Notes under the pieces: model-generated | Told to the model about the DNA's origin: nothing | The model's input: the letters and a program-made list of their open reading frames with translations, nothing else | Database searches by the model: none | In this document: positions 38,716 through 53,841 of the stretch, piece after piece | Layout: each line of letters begins with the position of its first letter | Position numbering within the stretch: the first letter of the stretch is position 1 | Assembly (NCBI RefSeq): GCF_963921235.1 | Contig: NC_086106.1 | Coordinates: forward strand, 23,436,001 to 23,500,000 | Source: Mobula hypostoma | Taxonomy: Eukaryota | Length of the DNA stretch: 64,000 nt | Direction: 5' to 3' | Position numbers and translations under genes: made by a program

Positions 38716-41700
38716 TGGAGATTCTGAAAAATATTTTCCGAATAATAAGCGCACACACTTTGACAGAAAGTTTCAAGTGCACAAGGTATCAGAGAATATA
38801 TCGCCAATTCCATCCATGCCTTGCGGGAAAAAAAAACTTTCATAAACAGTTGGATACATTACTGCATCGGATTGAAGATACCTTTTTCAGACATTCCAAC
38901 GGAGGGCACTAAGAGGGCACGAGCAGTTCTTCTTTTCCGGACTAATCGTGGGTAATATTTACCGAATGTTTTCAGTGAACTCAGTTTCGTTTTTTTTTCA
39001 AGGTATTCTTGGATTATGGTTTGTATCTTTCACGATTATGGCACGTGCTGAATGTTATGTCAGCGAAAATAACTTAGATGCTAATCTGTAAGTAAAACTA
39101 ATTCCAAATCTCTCGTCGGCTGCAACAGCACCACCTAATATCGCCGCCACAGGACGCTCCTCCCCCGAGAGAAAACATCAGGCTGCGCCGCGATGAGAAC
39201 TACTGGCTTTCGAAAACAACACAGTTGTTTCTTTTTCTTTTTTTTTTTCCGTTTACCATTTCAAAGAAGACATTGAACCTGCTGAGAGTCTCCAGTATTT
39301 TCAAATTACTTCGTTTAATTCTGATATCCGCCTTCCGTTTGTTATGACTTTCAAGCAACTTCTTCCGATATCTATGTACAGATTAGAGCATTCTATGAAG
39401 GTAAAATAAGTAAACGTGTCTTTCGAAGAAATGAACAAAAAACTGGGAAATCACTAAGGAAGAAGGCACTGTCAGAGTTTTGTTACAAACTGCAGAAAGA
39501 TTAGAACTGAAAAAAAAATGTATGTGTGATCTGACAGGTTACAAGCAATAAAATGAATAACCAAAAGTTTATAGTGAGGCTGTTAGCACTTAGCTGGTTT
39601 AAAAAAAAATAAAGTTTCCGAATAACATATACTATGGTTGGTGTGTGAACAATGCAAAGAACAGTTCAACCGATGTTTGGATGAGATCAGTTACGCAATA
39701 TGTTATGTAGATGTCATAAGTCATATGCACAGACAATCTGATGGAGAAAGTAAGTGGGTCAACGACCTTCGATCGACAGGAATGACACTTGCCGTTTTGA
39801 ATCAGAAACTTCATTAAGACAGGAATTGAAGGATAGAATAAATAAGCATATAACAGCACGTAGTGGTGGAAACAAGGCAAACTGGCAAGTGAAAAGCTAA
39901 ACCAGATGAAGAGAAAAACAGGCAGGCGCTGGAGGTATATGAAATAATAATAAAAAAAAGTTCTGAGGTGAAATGAGAAAGAGCTAAAGGGCGTAGTCAG
40001 AACGAATCTAACAGGAGGCGACGGTTGACCAGGAAAGAATGGGAAGGAGAACGGGGTCGACAGCGTGAACGTGGGCAGGCGTGGAGGAAAAAAAATGGGG
40101 TAAGTATGAGGACAAAATCGGGAATAAAATGAAATGAATGGGAGGGAGAGAGGTCACCGGAAGTTAGATAACTCAATTTTCATGCCATCAGGTTGAAGTC
40201 TATCTGTGCGGAATATCAGAAGTTCCGCAACGCTAACGTGTGACAGTTAACGGGGATATGTACGACGATGTTGCGATAAGAATCGACAGAATAAGAATGG
40301 GAGGTAGTGCGGATGATTGATGAATTTCTGAGGTCATGTTTCATATCTATAAGTTGTTGGCCAGACTGCACCTCGATAATGTGTGCAGTTCCAGTAGCTA
40401 AATTACTGGACTAAGTGATTCATCCATTGATGGTGGAGAGAACGGTTCATAATGTTGTTGCCGGTACTGCAAATATTAAAGACAGAATCACCTCGAGATG
40501 CACTAAAGCCAGAGTACTAGACACAAAATGCAGAACGAGCTCAGCAGATCAGTCAGCAGCTCTCGAGGGAATAAGCATTCGGGCCGAGACTCTTCGTCAG
40601 GACTACAATTGAATGAGGATAAAGCCGTAATGTTACTGTGGAAGGAAGAGAAGGATGTAACATAATCTTCAATGAGAACGATGAAGCCCAGTGAGAGGGA
40701 AAGTAGCATACAGCCGTGTGAAGTGTCTCCAGCTTCGCTTTACTGAGAATCCACTATTTCGTTTCTGTGAGCGTTACCTTATGCCGTATGTCGACGTTAT
40801 ACAATACATGTGGGCGGAGTGCTGAGAGGGAGTCGAAGGAGTCGAAGGAAAACGAGATAGAGAGGGAGTGAAGACTGCAGACATTGAGCTATCACGGAAC
40901 AGCTCAGGATCGAGAAGGGTAAAGTCTAATGCTTACTGTTACATACCTTGTGGGTATCTTGTGACTGTCGTATGACCATAATGTAATTGAGTATCTTGTG
41001 AGCATGATGTAATTGTCTTGTGATGGTGGGATAATGTAATTATCCCGTCAGTGCGTGAGTGTGAGGTCACATGACGTAATTTTCCTGCCAGTGTGAGGTT
41101 ATGTGATGTAATTTTCCCGGCGGTGTGAGTTCTCGTGATGACATGTTCAAACAGGTTTATAAAGGCTAACCGTGTTCTCACACATTTAGTAGTTAGTTCG
41201 TCAGTCAGTTCGTTAGTTATGCTACGTATTCGTGTCATGACGCAAGTTCATTTTAGAGTGGAGTTTTACTTTCTATTTTAAGGTAAAAACGTTGTACTGG
41301 CACTTTCGCCAATCGCTGCCAGTTTTTGTTTGTTGCAGCTTTGTTTTATATTTGCAGTCTCGTATTGGACAGTGCAGACCTTACGAAAGTACGGGAAGCA
41401 GAAGATTGAGAAAAGTTTGTGCCGTTGGACGGTTTTATAAATGATCGACCTTATTGAATCTTCGTTCCGCAATAGTGGTCTGCATGTGAGATAACGACTG
41501 CAAGATCAGCAAAGCTTGTGCAGTGTTCACTCTCCAGGAAAAGGTCAGTTCCTTTAAGCCCTTTTATTTCCTTCGCCCTGAACCCGGTGTACAGGGCATC
41601 TCTATCTGGGATGAGCAGTAACGTCACTTCTTCAAAAAAATCAGTTTTCAGAGAAGTCTACCCTTACTGACTGTATACATCACTTGGACTTCCGAATTTA

Positions 41701-42719
41701 CCACTTTAAGACTGTGTTTGACTTTACCACCTTAAGAACTATTCCAGAGTCTGGCTGTTTCTTAAATTGCCGCATAGCGGTTAACTTCCGGTTATGTTTG
41801 TCGTTTGTTTACTTTTCACCATTACTCAGCAGAGTTCAATAAATCTTTACGTTTGTTTATAAAACTTGACTCAATTCTAGATTCGTTGTTGCCGGCCATG
41901 TAATAGCAATTGGGGGCACGTACGGGATGGTTCCTGATTTGACTTAAGTACATGTTTAATTATCATTCTGATTTGGAAAATAGAATTACCTCATTCTTTT
42001 GCTTGATTGGTCTGTGGGTGGTAATCGGCAGCAATGAATATTGACGACTTTCTATCTTTGCTGGACACGGAGCTATTAGCGACGGCGAAACTGAGTGATG
42101 TATCCGACATTGTTGGGAGCTTGGACCTTAAAGGTATTTGGATGGTTACAACAAAGCCAGTAATTCAGAGAAAAATCGCCGAATACTATATAAAATCGGG
42201 AGATTTTGATGAAGAAGTGTTAGATATGTTTCCAATGATTAATCTAGAGATGCAGTTACATATCGAAGAAATACAGTTAGAACAATTTAAACGGACTTGG
42301 AATTAGAAGGGAGGGAATTAGAAGCTAGAGAAGCGATAGACAGAGGGAGTTTCAGCTAGCGCTGGAGAAATTAAAGTCCGATAATCAGTCCTCAGATTCG
42401 TGAAACCATTTATTGCTAGCCGGGAAGTTGTATTGGCTCCTCCATTTAATGAGGCAGAAACAGAAAAAAAATTCAAGCATTTTGAAATTTTTGCTCTGAT
42501 TTCACAGTGGCCGGAGGATAAATGGCCAGTGATGTTACAAAGTGTAAATAAAGGTGCTGCACAACACGTTTCTACAGTTTAACTGCCATGTAAGCAGTTG
42601 ATTATGATATGTGAAGCAGCAATAACTGAAATCATATGAACTGGTTCTGGAAGCCTAAAGAGAAAGATTCAGAAATTTGAAGAAACCCGTGGACAAAACT
42701 TACGTTGAATTTGCCTACC

Positions 42720-43800
42720 ATAAATCTGTGTGATTTCCTCTTCACATATCTAAATAAGCTTTTACAATCCTGCTTTATATTTTTGGCTAGCTTACCTTCT
42801 TACGTCATGTTTTGCCCCCGTATTCCCTTTCCAGTTATCTTCTGTTGTTCCTTAAAAGTCCCCCAATCCTCTGGCTTACCACTCATCCATGCTATGTTAT
42901 ACTTCCTCTCTTCTATTTTTATACTGTCCTTGACTTCACTTGTCCTCCACGGTCGCCCCTGACTACCTCAGATCCGTTCTTCCTCTTTGCAATGCAGTTA
43001 TCCTGCACTTTCTGTATTATTCCCAGAAATACCTGCCATTTTTCTTCGACTGTCATCCCCGCGGTATCCTTCCAATTAACTGTTTGCTAGCTCCTCCCTC
43101 ATGTGTCCATAGTACCCTTTGTTGAACTGTAATACTGACACTTCCGGTCTACCCTTCTCCCTCTCAAATCGCAGATTAAAACTTATAATATTATGGTCAC
43201 TACCTCCTAATGGCTCTTTTACCCCGAGTTCCCTTATCAAATCTGGCTCATTGCACAGCACTAAATCCAGGATTGCCTCCTCCCTGGTAGACTCTAATAC
43301 AAGCTGCTCTAAGAATCCATCTCTGAGGCATTCCACAAACTTCCTTTCTTGGGGTGCAGTGCCCACCTGATTTTCCCAGTCTATATGCATATTAAAATCC
43401 CCCATAACAACCGTAGCATTACCTTTGCGACATGCCAATTTTAATTCTTGTTTAAACTTGCACCCTATATCTAGGCTACTGTTTGGAGGCCTGTAGATAA
43501 CTCCCATCAAGGTCTTTTTGCCCTTACACTTTCTCAGTTCTATACTGACTCAACAGCTCCTGATTCTATGTTCCCCTCGCAAGTGACTAAATTTCAGTCC
43601 TCACCAACAGAGTCACCCCACCCACTGCCAACTTGTCTATCCTTTCCATAGGATGTATATGCCAGAAAATTCATTTCCCAGCCCTAGCCCTCTTGCAACT
43701 ATGTCTCTGTTATTCCCACAACATCACACTTGCCAATTTCCAACTGAGACTCAAGCTCATCCACTTTAATCCTTATATTCCGTGCATTCATATATAATAC
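42720..43800 (-). mobile_element. CR1 LINE fragment, N-terminal ORF2 (endonuclease plus linker)
   Basis: LYMNARNIR..DVVGITET, GVIYRPPN, VVMGDFN, EAILDLVLCN and GSDHNII motifs on the minus strand. Confidence 0.88.
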
Positions 43801-45277
43801 TATAGAACATAGAATAGTACAGCACAGTACAGACCCTTCGGCCACAATGTTGTGCCGACCCTCAAACACTACCTTCCATATAAGCCCCCACCTTAGATTC
43901 ATCCATATACCTGTGTACTAGTGTCTTAAACTTCACTAGTGTATCTGCCTCCACCACTGACCTACCACTGTCTGAGTAAAAAAACCTTCCACTAATATCC
44001 TCCTTGAACTCCCCATGCCTTACCATAAAGCCATGTCCTCTTGTATTGAACAGCAGTGCCCTGGGGAAGAGGCGCTGGCTATCCACTCTATCTATTCCTC
44101 TTATTATCTTGTACACGTCTATCATGTCTCCTCTCATCCTCCTTCTCGCTAAGGAGTAAAGCCCTAGCTCCCTTAATCTCTGATCATAATGCATACTTTC
44201 TAAACCAGGCAGCATCCTGCCAAATCTCCTCTGTACCCATTCCAATGCTTCCACATCCTTCCTATAGTGAGGCGACCAGACCTGGACACAGTACTCCAAG
44301 TGTGGCCTAACCAGAGTCTTTTAGAGCTACATCATTACATCGCGACTCTTAAACTCTATCCCTCGACTTATGAAAGCTAACACCCCATAAGCTTCCTTAA
44401 CTACCCTATCCACCTGTGAGGCAACTTTCAGGGATCTGTGGACATGTACCCCAAGATCCCCCTGCTTCTCCACACTACCAAGTATCCAGCCATTTACTTT
44501 GTACTCAGCCTTGGAGTTTGTCCTTCCAAAGTGTACCACCTCACACTTCTCCGGGTTGAACTCCATCTGCCACTTCTCAGACCACTTCTGCATCCTATCA
44601 AGGTCTCTCTGCAATCTTTGACAATCCTCTACACTATGTACCACACCACAAACCTTTGTGTCGTCTGCAACCTTGCCAACCCACCCTTCTACCCCCACAT
44701 CCAGGTCGTTAATATAAATCATAAAACGTACAGGTGCCAGAACAGATCTTTGTGGGACACCACTAGTCACAATCCTCCAATCTGAATGTACTCCCTCCAC
44801 CACAACTCTCTGCCTTCTGCAGGCAAGCCAATTCTGAATCCACCTGGCCAAACTTCCCTGGATCCCATGCGTTCTAACTTTCTGAATAAGCCTACCGTGT
44901 GAAACCTTGTCAAATGCCTTACTAAAATCCATATAGATAACATCCACTGCACTACACTCATCTATATGCCTGGTCACCTCATCACAGAACTCTATCAGGC
45001 TTGTTAGACACGATCTGCCCTTCACAAAGCCATGCTGACTGTCCCTGATCAGACCATGATTCTCTGAATACCTATAGATCCTACCTCTAAGAATCTTTTC
45101 CAACAGCTTTCCCACCACAGACGGAAGGCGTACTGATCTATAATTACCCGGACTATCCCTACTACCTTTTTTGAACAAGGGAACAACATTCGCCTCCCTC
45201 CAATCCTCCGGTACCATTCCCGCGGACAACGAGGACATAAAGATTCTAGCCAGAGGCTCAGCACTATCTTCTCTCGA
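43801..45277 (-). mobile_element. 5'-truncated CR1 LINE (RT plus 3' tail)
   Basis: 318-aa ORF (44327-45283) with WREANVVPLFKKG, MDFSKAFDKV, SGVPQ and VADDTK. The minus-strand tail reads ..GTACTATTCTATGTTCTATA at 43801. Confidence 0.93.
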
Positions 45278-45380
45278 ATACAATCTCGAATCCAGGAATA
45301 CAACGGCTAAAACTGTAACAAAGGCTCTTATAAAATTATATACTTATTTTGTGTTGCCTACGGAATTACAATCTGATCAT

Positions 45381-48300
45381 TGTGACGGGGTCCTGAGCTA
45401 TCCCTATGAACTGTGCTTTCCAAAAGGGAGAGACAACGAGTTATTTAACATCGATAGCTTGTTTTGAAAAGAGAGAGAGAGAGAGAGAGAGGTGAAGACT
45501 AACTGTTAGAATGTCATTTTAAGGCACGAGAAAGAACTGGTGAACTTTTGGATTGCTGCTGAGTTGGAGACAACACCGAGCAGCTCGAAAGTTGCTATGA
45601 TAACCGAAGACAGGTTGTTGATACTTCTCAAGGACAGTTCGCCTGCTTGTGCATTTCTTCACAGAAAAATGAAGGAGGAGTTATTTGAATGACAGTTGAG
45701 CTGAGCACGGGAAGACAAAATATGACGTCAGATGATAGACCACAGACACATGTTCTGGACACTGAATAAGCAATGTTCTGTCCGCAGGAAAAGTGGGTTT
45801 TGGAGGATCGATCAGGCGGATCGATCCATCGCTCTTGCACTGAAAACAGGAAAAGTGTTGACTTGTGGGGAGTTGTTCATGCTTTCATCGTCGCCTTGTG
45901 TGTGTGTGTGTGGGGGGGGGGGGGAGGGTGTAGGTTCCCAACAGAAAACCGCTTCTCTTAGTTAATATCACAGATGGCGTTAGCTTATCTCAAATCTTTC
46001 ACTTTCTCTCTCCATCACTATGCAACTCAATACCAGGAACTGAACTGAAATTTACTTATCGTCGTAAGACTGTATCTTTTTACCCCTAGACTTAAAGAAG
46101 CTTGGTTTTTCATATATATATTTCCACATTTACTGATATACTTACTTATATGTATAATCATTGCTAACCTGTTTGATTTGTCTACATTTATATTACTGTA
46201 TTGCGTAGTTACTAATATATATTAGTAATTTATAGCAATACTGGATTCCAAGTGTTTTCCAGCTCTGCTGATTCTTTATTCCCGTCACGGTTCCCTCACA
46301 AAATTGGGGCTAGCTTCCGTGATATGAACAAATTGGTTGGGAGGGTTGTTTCAATTCTTTGGGGAAAATGCATTCTGATTTGGTTGTGTGGAAATACAGC
46401 AGAAATGGAATTTAGTGCTGAGGAGTTTATGTTGGACCCAACGCCCGAAACGATGGATGATGCTGTGAGGGTTGTGCTGTTGGGAATTGCTCGAAAGTTA
46501 AACCTAAAGGTGACCACTATAATGAGTAAAGCTCAGATCTGGAAGATAATAGCTCAGCATTATATAGATTGAGGGAACGGTTGATGAGGAGGCGTTAGAG
46601 TTGTTTGTGGAAGATAAACCTATTAAGGATGAGCTTCAGCTTCAGTTGGGAAAATTAAGAATGGGGCATGAATTGAAATTAAAACAGCTCAAGAGAGAGG
46701 CTAGAGAGGCAGCAGAACGGAATCAAGAGGCAGCAAGTCAGAGAGAAGAGGCAGAAAGACAGAGACAGATCAAGAGTGAGAAATGGTAACGTGTAGATTG
46801 CTTGGCAGACAAACAGAGGCGGTTTGAGCTGGAAAAGATAGAGAGTTTTTCAGCCAAGAAGTTTACAGTCGGACCCTGATGATTTTTGACAGCTCAGAAG
46901 GTCTTGTTTTGTGAGACAAATTGAAAAAGCTGTTTTCTTGATGATGTAAGGGCATACCCAGATGCAGAGGATGCCGCTGCCCTGCAGGGGTTTGGTAAGA
47001 AAGCAGACGAAGAAGTTTTAACCCACGATGTGGAGATTGCTAGAGAAGAGAGTTTGCCAGAGAATAGCTCGGAGGTTCGGGGTGACCTTGAATTTGAAAC
47101 TGGGACAAGTGATGACGCCCCAGAAGAGGCAGCTGTCCCGATTGAATGTAATCAGGTTGTTGAACCACCTGTGAATTCAAAGGATTCTGACCTTAAGTTA
47201 AAGCTCAGTTAAAGTCTGAGGTGTCTCACTTGGTTGAAAAGGAATGCAGGTATTTTTTTGTCAGATGATCTTGGTTCAGTGAACAAGGGGTTAAACTGGA
47301 TACCAGTGGAATGCAAGGATTCGTAGTCATTTGCATTAGACCATGTTTTAAAAGTTGGTGAAGTGGTGGAAATTGATGAAGTCAGTTATTCTAAAAATAA
47401 TGGGAAAAGTACTGTGCCTGGACTTTTGGATAAAGTGCTGGGCAAGGTTGGATTGGTTGTGTGTCCTTTGACCCTGCTTGTAGGACAAAGGCCAGCTGAG
47501 AAAGGATGTGCTACTCTGTTTAATTTTGTTTGGCCATTTGGACAACTGCAAGGTGATGTTGTTGTGAAGAAGAAAATCTGTTATGATTTTGGGGTAAAAG
47601 TTGTTATGGAAGCAAGTCGAAGTGAAGGTCTTAATCACATGGGTGGATTGTTTGGTGTCTTCCATAATGTATACATGGTTCTCATAAGCCTGATGGTGGT
47701 GCTGAGTTTAGTAAACAATGGAGGCATGTTGACACTTCACCATGATAAGAGTGTTTCAGAAATTCAACTGATGAGCAATGCTGCTGTTGAGGCCTAGGGT
47801 AGCAAAACCAAAGGGATAGGGTATGATGTTGTGACACAGACCTTTCTACCTTCCAGATTTCAGCAGGACTTACAGGGTAATAAGGCGGAGAAGAGTAAGG
47901 TGTATTAGAAAGGTTTGGCTTTATTGAAGAAGGAATTTATAGGAGAACAGAAGCGAGATTCTGGAATGGTGGCATTAATAGAGATAGCTCTCACAGGAGA
48001 GGAGGTTCAGAGTGTCTCAGTGGGACATTACCTTAAAGATGCGGTGATGATGAGGAGGTGGAGGCCAGCCACAGTGCCTGCACGTCACGTGGTGGTTCTG
48101 AAAGTGTACGGGCCTGAAATTTTAAACATGGCCTTCAGTATGCCTTTAGGTAGAACTCATGGAGTGAGAAAGACAGTGAACAGGATTATGAAGGAATTTT
48201 ACTGGACTAATTTAATGAAGGATGTTGTGAATTTTTACAGGATTTGCCTAACCTGTCAAGTTGAGGGGAAATCTAATCAAGTTATTCAGGCAACACTACT

Positions 48301-50105
48301 TCAACCAATATCGGCTTTTAGAGGACTTATTTCCTAGGGTCATAGTGGAATGTGTCGCCCCATTGCAGAAGAACCTTTGACCCTACTCAGAGAACTATGG
48401 TCTGATTCAGAATAATGTGTCAGTGTGTTTCAGTATGTATTAAAATTCTGGGAAATATTTAGTAAGCTTTGTGTCCCTGCAAAGGAAAGTTTACAAGATG
48501 TTCGAATCAAAATAAAGCTCTTGTTTGCCACTGTTGCAGCTGGGGGAATTGTTATTGAACAGGATGGAGTCGTGGAATCTGATAATGCAGTGGAAAAAAA
48601 AAATGTTTAGCCACGGAATCTAGTCTCACCAAAATGTCAGAATTCCATTGTTTCGAAACATATTACTGACAAGGTCCAGCAGTTGGACCCTGAACCGCAA
48701 AAACAAGTGAAAAGATTAATTGACCTATTGAATAGGTGCACAGGTGCAGTGCATCACGTCATTGTAAATTCTGTCCAGCCCATGAAACAACATCCGCACG
48801 GAGAGATCTTTGAGGAAAGTAAAATGGTTGAAGAAGAAATTAGAAACAAGGAAGAACAAGGAAAGAGAATGGATGATTGAACTGATAAAGCGGGGAAGGC
48901 TAAATACCTTATTAAGATTAACTTATTAAAAGGATACTGGGGTGTTCCTTTAACGGATGGGGTTAAATAGATGTCAGCATTTGTGACAACGTATAGACTG
49001 TATGAATACAATGCTTTACATTTCGTGATGAAAACTGTTCCAGGGACATTGCAAAGAATGGTCAGTTCTGTGATTGGAGGGTTGGAAATCACAGGGGTTT
49101 ATATCAATGATTTAGTCGTCTGGAATGACACGTGGGGAGAACAGATTGCAGCTGTAGAAAAACGTTTTGACAGACTTTCCAAGGCCAAACTTACTGTGAA
49201 ACTGCTGTCATCCTACTCTTATATATCTTGACTACGTAGTAGGCCCGGGCCACCTGTGTTCAGTAAAGGCAAAGGTTCAAGCTATTGCTGAAGTTCCTGT
49301 TCTGACCGGCAAGGAAGCTTCTAAAGTGTTTAGGGTGTTACTGTAAGTTATGTAAGAAATTTGCTGACTCCGCTATCCCGCTAACAAAACACCTAGGGAA
49401 GACTGTGATAGGTTTGTATGGAGTGATATTTGCCAGGAGGTATTTGAACGTCTAAAAACCATCCTCTGTTACCATTCTGTACTTAAAGCAGCTGTATTTT
49501 TTATTTATTTATTTTTTTTTTCAAAACCGTTCTCGATAGCAGCAGACGCAAGTGACAAAGCTGTTGGGGCAGTACTGTTATAGGAAGGAGTGAATGGCAT
49601 TCAGAATCCAGTAGCTTAAATCTCAAAGAACTTTGATGTACACCAGGAAAAGTACTGAACTGTTGGAAAGGAATTGCGAGCACTTATTCTGGCTTTACAA
49701 CATTTTGAGGCCTATGATCAGAGACCTCAAAATCTCTCTGTTGTGCAGAGATCACTTTTGATTTACACGGATCATAATCCGTTGATATTTACAACTAAGA
49801 TGATGGATAAGAATAGAAGGCTATTAAACTGGGGTCTGATATGTAAAAGGTACTGACAATATTATACCTGATTAGTTATCCAGGTATTAACTTGGACATT
49901 TTACACATTTTTGTTCTGTCATCTGTTGATCTTACGTGCTTTGTTTCAAACTCTGTAATTTACATTTAGACAAAAGAAAATCGTCTTCGTCATTTTTTTT
50001 TCCCGTGAGGAAGGGGAATGTGACGTGGTCCTGAGATACAACTGTCAACTGTGCTTTTAAAAAAAAGAGAGGGATTTTTTTTTTCTTAACATCGATCTCT
50101 TGTTT

Positions 50106-50169
<64 letters not shown>

Positions 50170-50989
50170 AAGACTAACTGTTGGAATGTCACTTTAAGAC
50201 ACAAGAAAGAACTGGTTAACTTTTCAATTTCTGCTGAGTTGGAGACAGCACCGAACAGCTTGAAAATTGCTACGGTGACCGTAGGCTGGTTGATGATACT
50301 TTTCCAGGACAGTTCGCCTGCTTGTGCATTTCTTCAGAGTGAGCGGAAGGAGGAGTTATTTGTGTGACAGTGGATGCTCAGCGCGGGAAGATAAAATCGG
50401 AGGTCAGATGACAGACCTTAGACACATGTTCTAGAGACTGTGGAGACTGAATGAGCATTGTTGTGCCCGCAGGAAAAGTGGGTTTTGGAGGATCGATCAG
50501 GCGGATCGATCCATTGCTCTTGCACTGGAAACAGGAAAGGAGTTGACTGGTGGGGAGTTGTCCATGTGTTCACCATCGATGGGGAATAGCTCCACAACAA
50601 AAAACCGGTCCGCTTCGTTAATGTCTTAGTCGGTGATTTTTAAAGGTTTCGAAGGACATGGAGAAAACTGATGGCGTGAGCTTACCTCGAATCTCTTACT
50701 TTCCCTCTCCATCACTACTCAACTCAATACCACTAAATGAACTGAACTTTACTTATCATCGTAAGACTGTATATTTTTACCCCTAGATTTAAGGAAGCTT
50801 GGCATTTCATACATATATTTCCACACTTACGGATATAATTACTTATATATGTATAATCATTGCTAACCTGTGTGATTTATCTACATTTATATTACTGTAC
50901 TGCGTAGTTACGAATACATATTAGTAGTTTATATCAATACTGGACTCCATCTCTGCTGGTTCGTTATTCCCGTATTGGGGTTCGTGATA
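45381..50989 (+). mobile_element. Gmr1-type Ty3/Gypsy element (inner), inserted into the integrase of the outer element
   Basis: LTRs at 45381-46300 and 50019-50989, each with a (GA)n tract. 4-bp TSD TCAT (45377-45380 and 50990-50993), PBS-like AATTGGGGCTAGC at ~46302 and PPT GAGGAAGGGGAA at 50007-50018. An integrase zinc-finger region (HGVRKT..FYW..CLTCQ, ~48150-48260) precedes the RT (VYIND, ~49100) and RNase H (TDHNPL). Confidence 0.9.
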
Positions 50990-53841
50990 TCATGTAGCCA
51001 TTTTATGTCTGGGTTGCTCTAGAAGATAATTTATAAACTGGGAGACAAAGAGATTACCTCCTCTGCATACCCTGCAGAATTGCAAGGAGCCTTGGAGGGG
51101 TTCCATTCTACACTCAAAACCATGATTATGACGTATAGTGTGAGAAATGAAAAAAAAAACATTCGGATGAGGGCGAACATTTACACTTATTTGCAGTCAG
51201 GGAGTCTCTGCAGTCTTTGAACTTGTGTTTGGGCATAGAGGTAAAGGACCTTTGGCCTTGATAAAAGAACAGTGGATTAATAAAGAGGTATATAGTAATT
51301 TGCCCGATTATGTTTTGAAATTTTAGGAATGGTTGCATAAAGCTTGCAACATAGCCAGGGGAAAAAAAAATGGCTCAGGGGAAAATGAAAACTTGGTCTG
51401 ATAAGGAAGCTAGAATTAGGTCACTTAAGCCTGCAGATGAGGTGTTGTTCTTCTCCCCCCCCCCCCCCGCTGCAACGAGGCCTTAACACGCAAAATCTCA
51501 TGGTTCTTATGAGATTATATCTAAAGTTAATGATGTGGACTATGTAATTAAAAACACGAAGTCGAAGAAGGGCAACACAGCTTTGTCATATAAATATGAT
51601 AAATCCTTATTATGAGAAACAGTCCGCTACTATGACTGTTGTGGTCAATAATAGTGTGTCCGATCCCACTGGGAACTTAATGGATGATTCATCTGAAACT
51701 CATTTTAAACCCAACATTATTTCTGCCAGATTACCGAACTCAACAAATCTGGAAAATATTGATGAGGGATTAGCTTATTTACAGCCAGACCAGAGGCAGT
51801 AGATGAAGCAGTTAATTTTTAAACACAGGGATTTACTTCCAGACGTTCCTATAAGAACCACAGTAGCTTCTCATGATGTAGATATTGGAAATACCTAAAC
51901 CATAAACCAACATCCATATCGGATAAACATGGGAAAATGTGAACTTGCTGAACAGGAAATTAAGTATATGTCAGATAATAACGTTATTAGACAGTCTCAT
52001 TCGAATTGGGGTTCACCTTGTGTTATGGTACCTAAGACAGACGGTAGTATTCGGATTTTTATTGATTACAGGAAGGTGAATGATGTAACAAAAACAGAGG
52101 CGTATCCAATCCCTAGAGTGGATGATCGTGTGGACAAAGCTGGATAAGCAAAGTTCCTAACAAAGATTGATTTGTTTTAAGGTCATTGGTGTGTTCCATT
52201 GACGGATAGAGTTAGAGAGAATTCTGCATTTGTAACCACACCTCGGTTATATGAATACAATGTTCTTCCCTTTGGGATGAAGAATGCACCAGGTACTTTC
52301 CAGTGGATGATTAATTCTGTGATTCAAGGGTTAAAAGATACCAGATGTTTATATTGATGCTTTAGTTACAGGATATGATACTTGGAAGCACGTAACACTG
52401 CGGTGGAGAAGTTATTTGAAAGGCTTTCAAAACTTAACTTAACTATTAGCTTAGTTAAACGTGAATTTGGTCATGCCACTGTGACCTACGTTGATTACTT
52501 TGTGGGTCAAGGTAAATTAGCTCCTGTTCAGGCAAAAGTTCAGGCAATTTTTGAGGTACCCACTCCAGCTGGTAAAAAGTGTCTGAGAAGATTCTTGGGA
52601 ATGGTAGGATGTTACCGAAAATTTTGTTAGAGTTTTGCTGACATTGACCTTTGATTTACTAATTCCCTGAAGAAAAGTGAAAGTTTGTTTGGACAAAGCC
52701 TTGTCAGGAGGCTTTTGTTAAATTGAAAAATACGTAATGTCGTCAACCTGTACTTAGAACACCTGACTTCGAAAAGCCATTCTCATTAGCTGTAGATGCT
52801 GATGATGAGGCTGCAGAAGCAGTGTTATTCAAATGGATGATGATAATGACGTTGATCGTCTGGTAGCTTACTTTTCTATGACATTTAATGAGCACTAAAG
52901 AAATTATTCAACTATAGAAAATTATTATTATCTCTTGTTTTGGCTTGGCAACATTTTGATGTGTATGTTGCTATTACTCAGAAACCACTAACAGTTTACA
53001 CCGATCCTAATCCATTAGTGTTTTTGAGTTAGATGAAAAACAAAAATAGAAAGCTACTGAATTGAAGTTTGATGTTACAGGAGTATAATATTTTTATAAC
53101 TCATATTAAAGACAAAGATAACGTGATTGCTGACTGCCTATCTAGATGTTTTTAAGGTACAATGTCATTTTTATGGAGTAGTATTTTAACACTTATAACA
53201 CTCCTACTGTGTATTAGTTTCTAAGTTGCCGGACGATACTACTTTTTATATTGTGTATTTGGTGGTTTTTATAAATTTGTGTGTTTTTTTTTGTAAATAG
53301 TTGTTAAAACTTTGCTCATAAGAGAACAAAATTTTGCCTTTTTGTAGGAAGGTGTTACATACCTCGTGGGTACATTTTGACTGACTTATATCCATTATGT
53401 AATTGAGTATCTTGTGAGCATGATGTAATTGCCTTGTGTTGGTGGGGTGACGTAATTTTTCCGCCAGTGTGAGGTCACATAATGTAATTTTTCCGCCGCT
53501 GTGAGATCTTATATCGGCATGTTCCAACAGGTATATAAAGGGAAAATATTGTTGTCACGCAGTTAGTAGTTAGTTCGTCAGTCAGTTTGTTAGTTATGCT
53601 GTGTCTTCATCTCCTGGCTCAGTTTCTTTTTAAAGTGAAAATTTACTTTCTATTTTGAGATAAAAACCTTGCACCGGCAGTTGCGCCAATCACTGCCAGT
53701 GTTTGTATGTTGCACCTTTGTTTTACCTTTACAGTTTAGTATTGGAGAGTGAAGACCTTAACAAAGTACGGGAACCCGAAAGATTGAGAATTGTTGTCTT
53801 TCTGCAGTTTTATAAAGTATCGACCTCCTTGAATCTTCGTT

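Noticed and set aside
39690-39860. Minus-strand words shared with family B/C (TTCCTGTCGATC, TTACTTTC, KFLI)
   Set aside because: Requires an ~11-codon deletion, and lacks Trp, Cys and an RSS. Support is insufficient without a statistical alignment.
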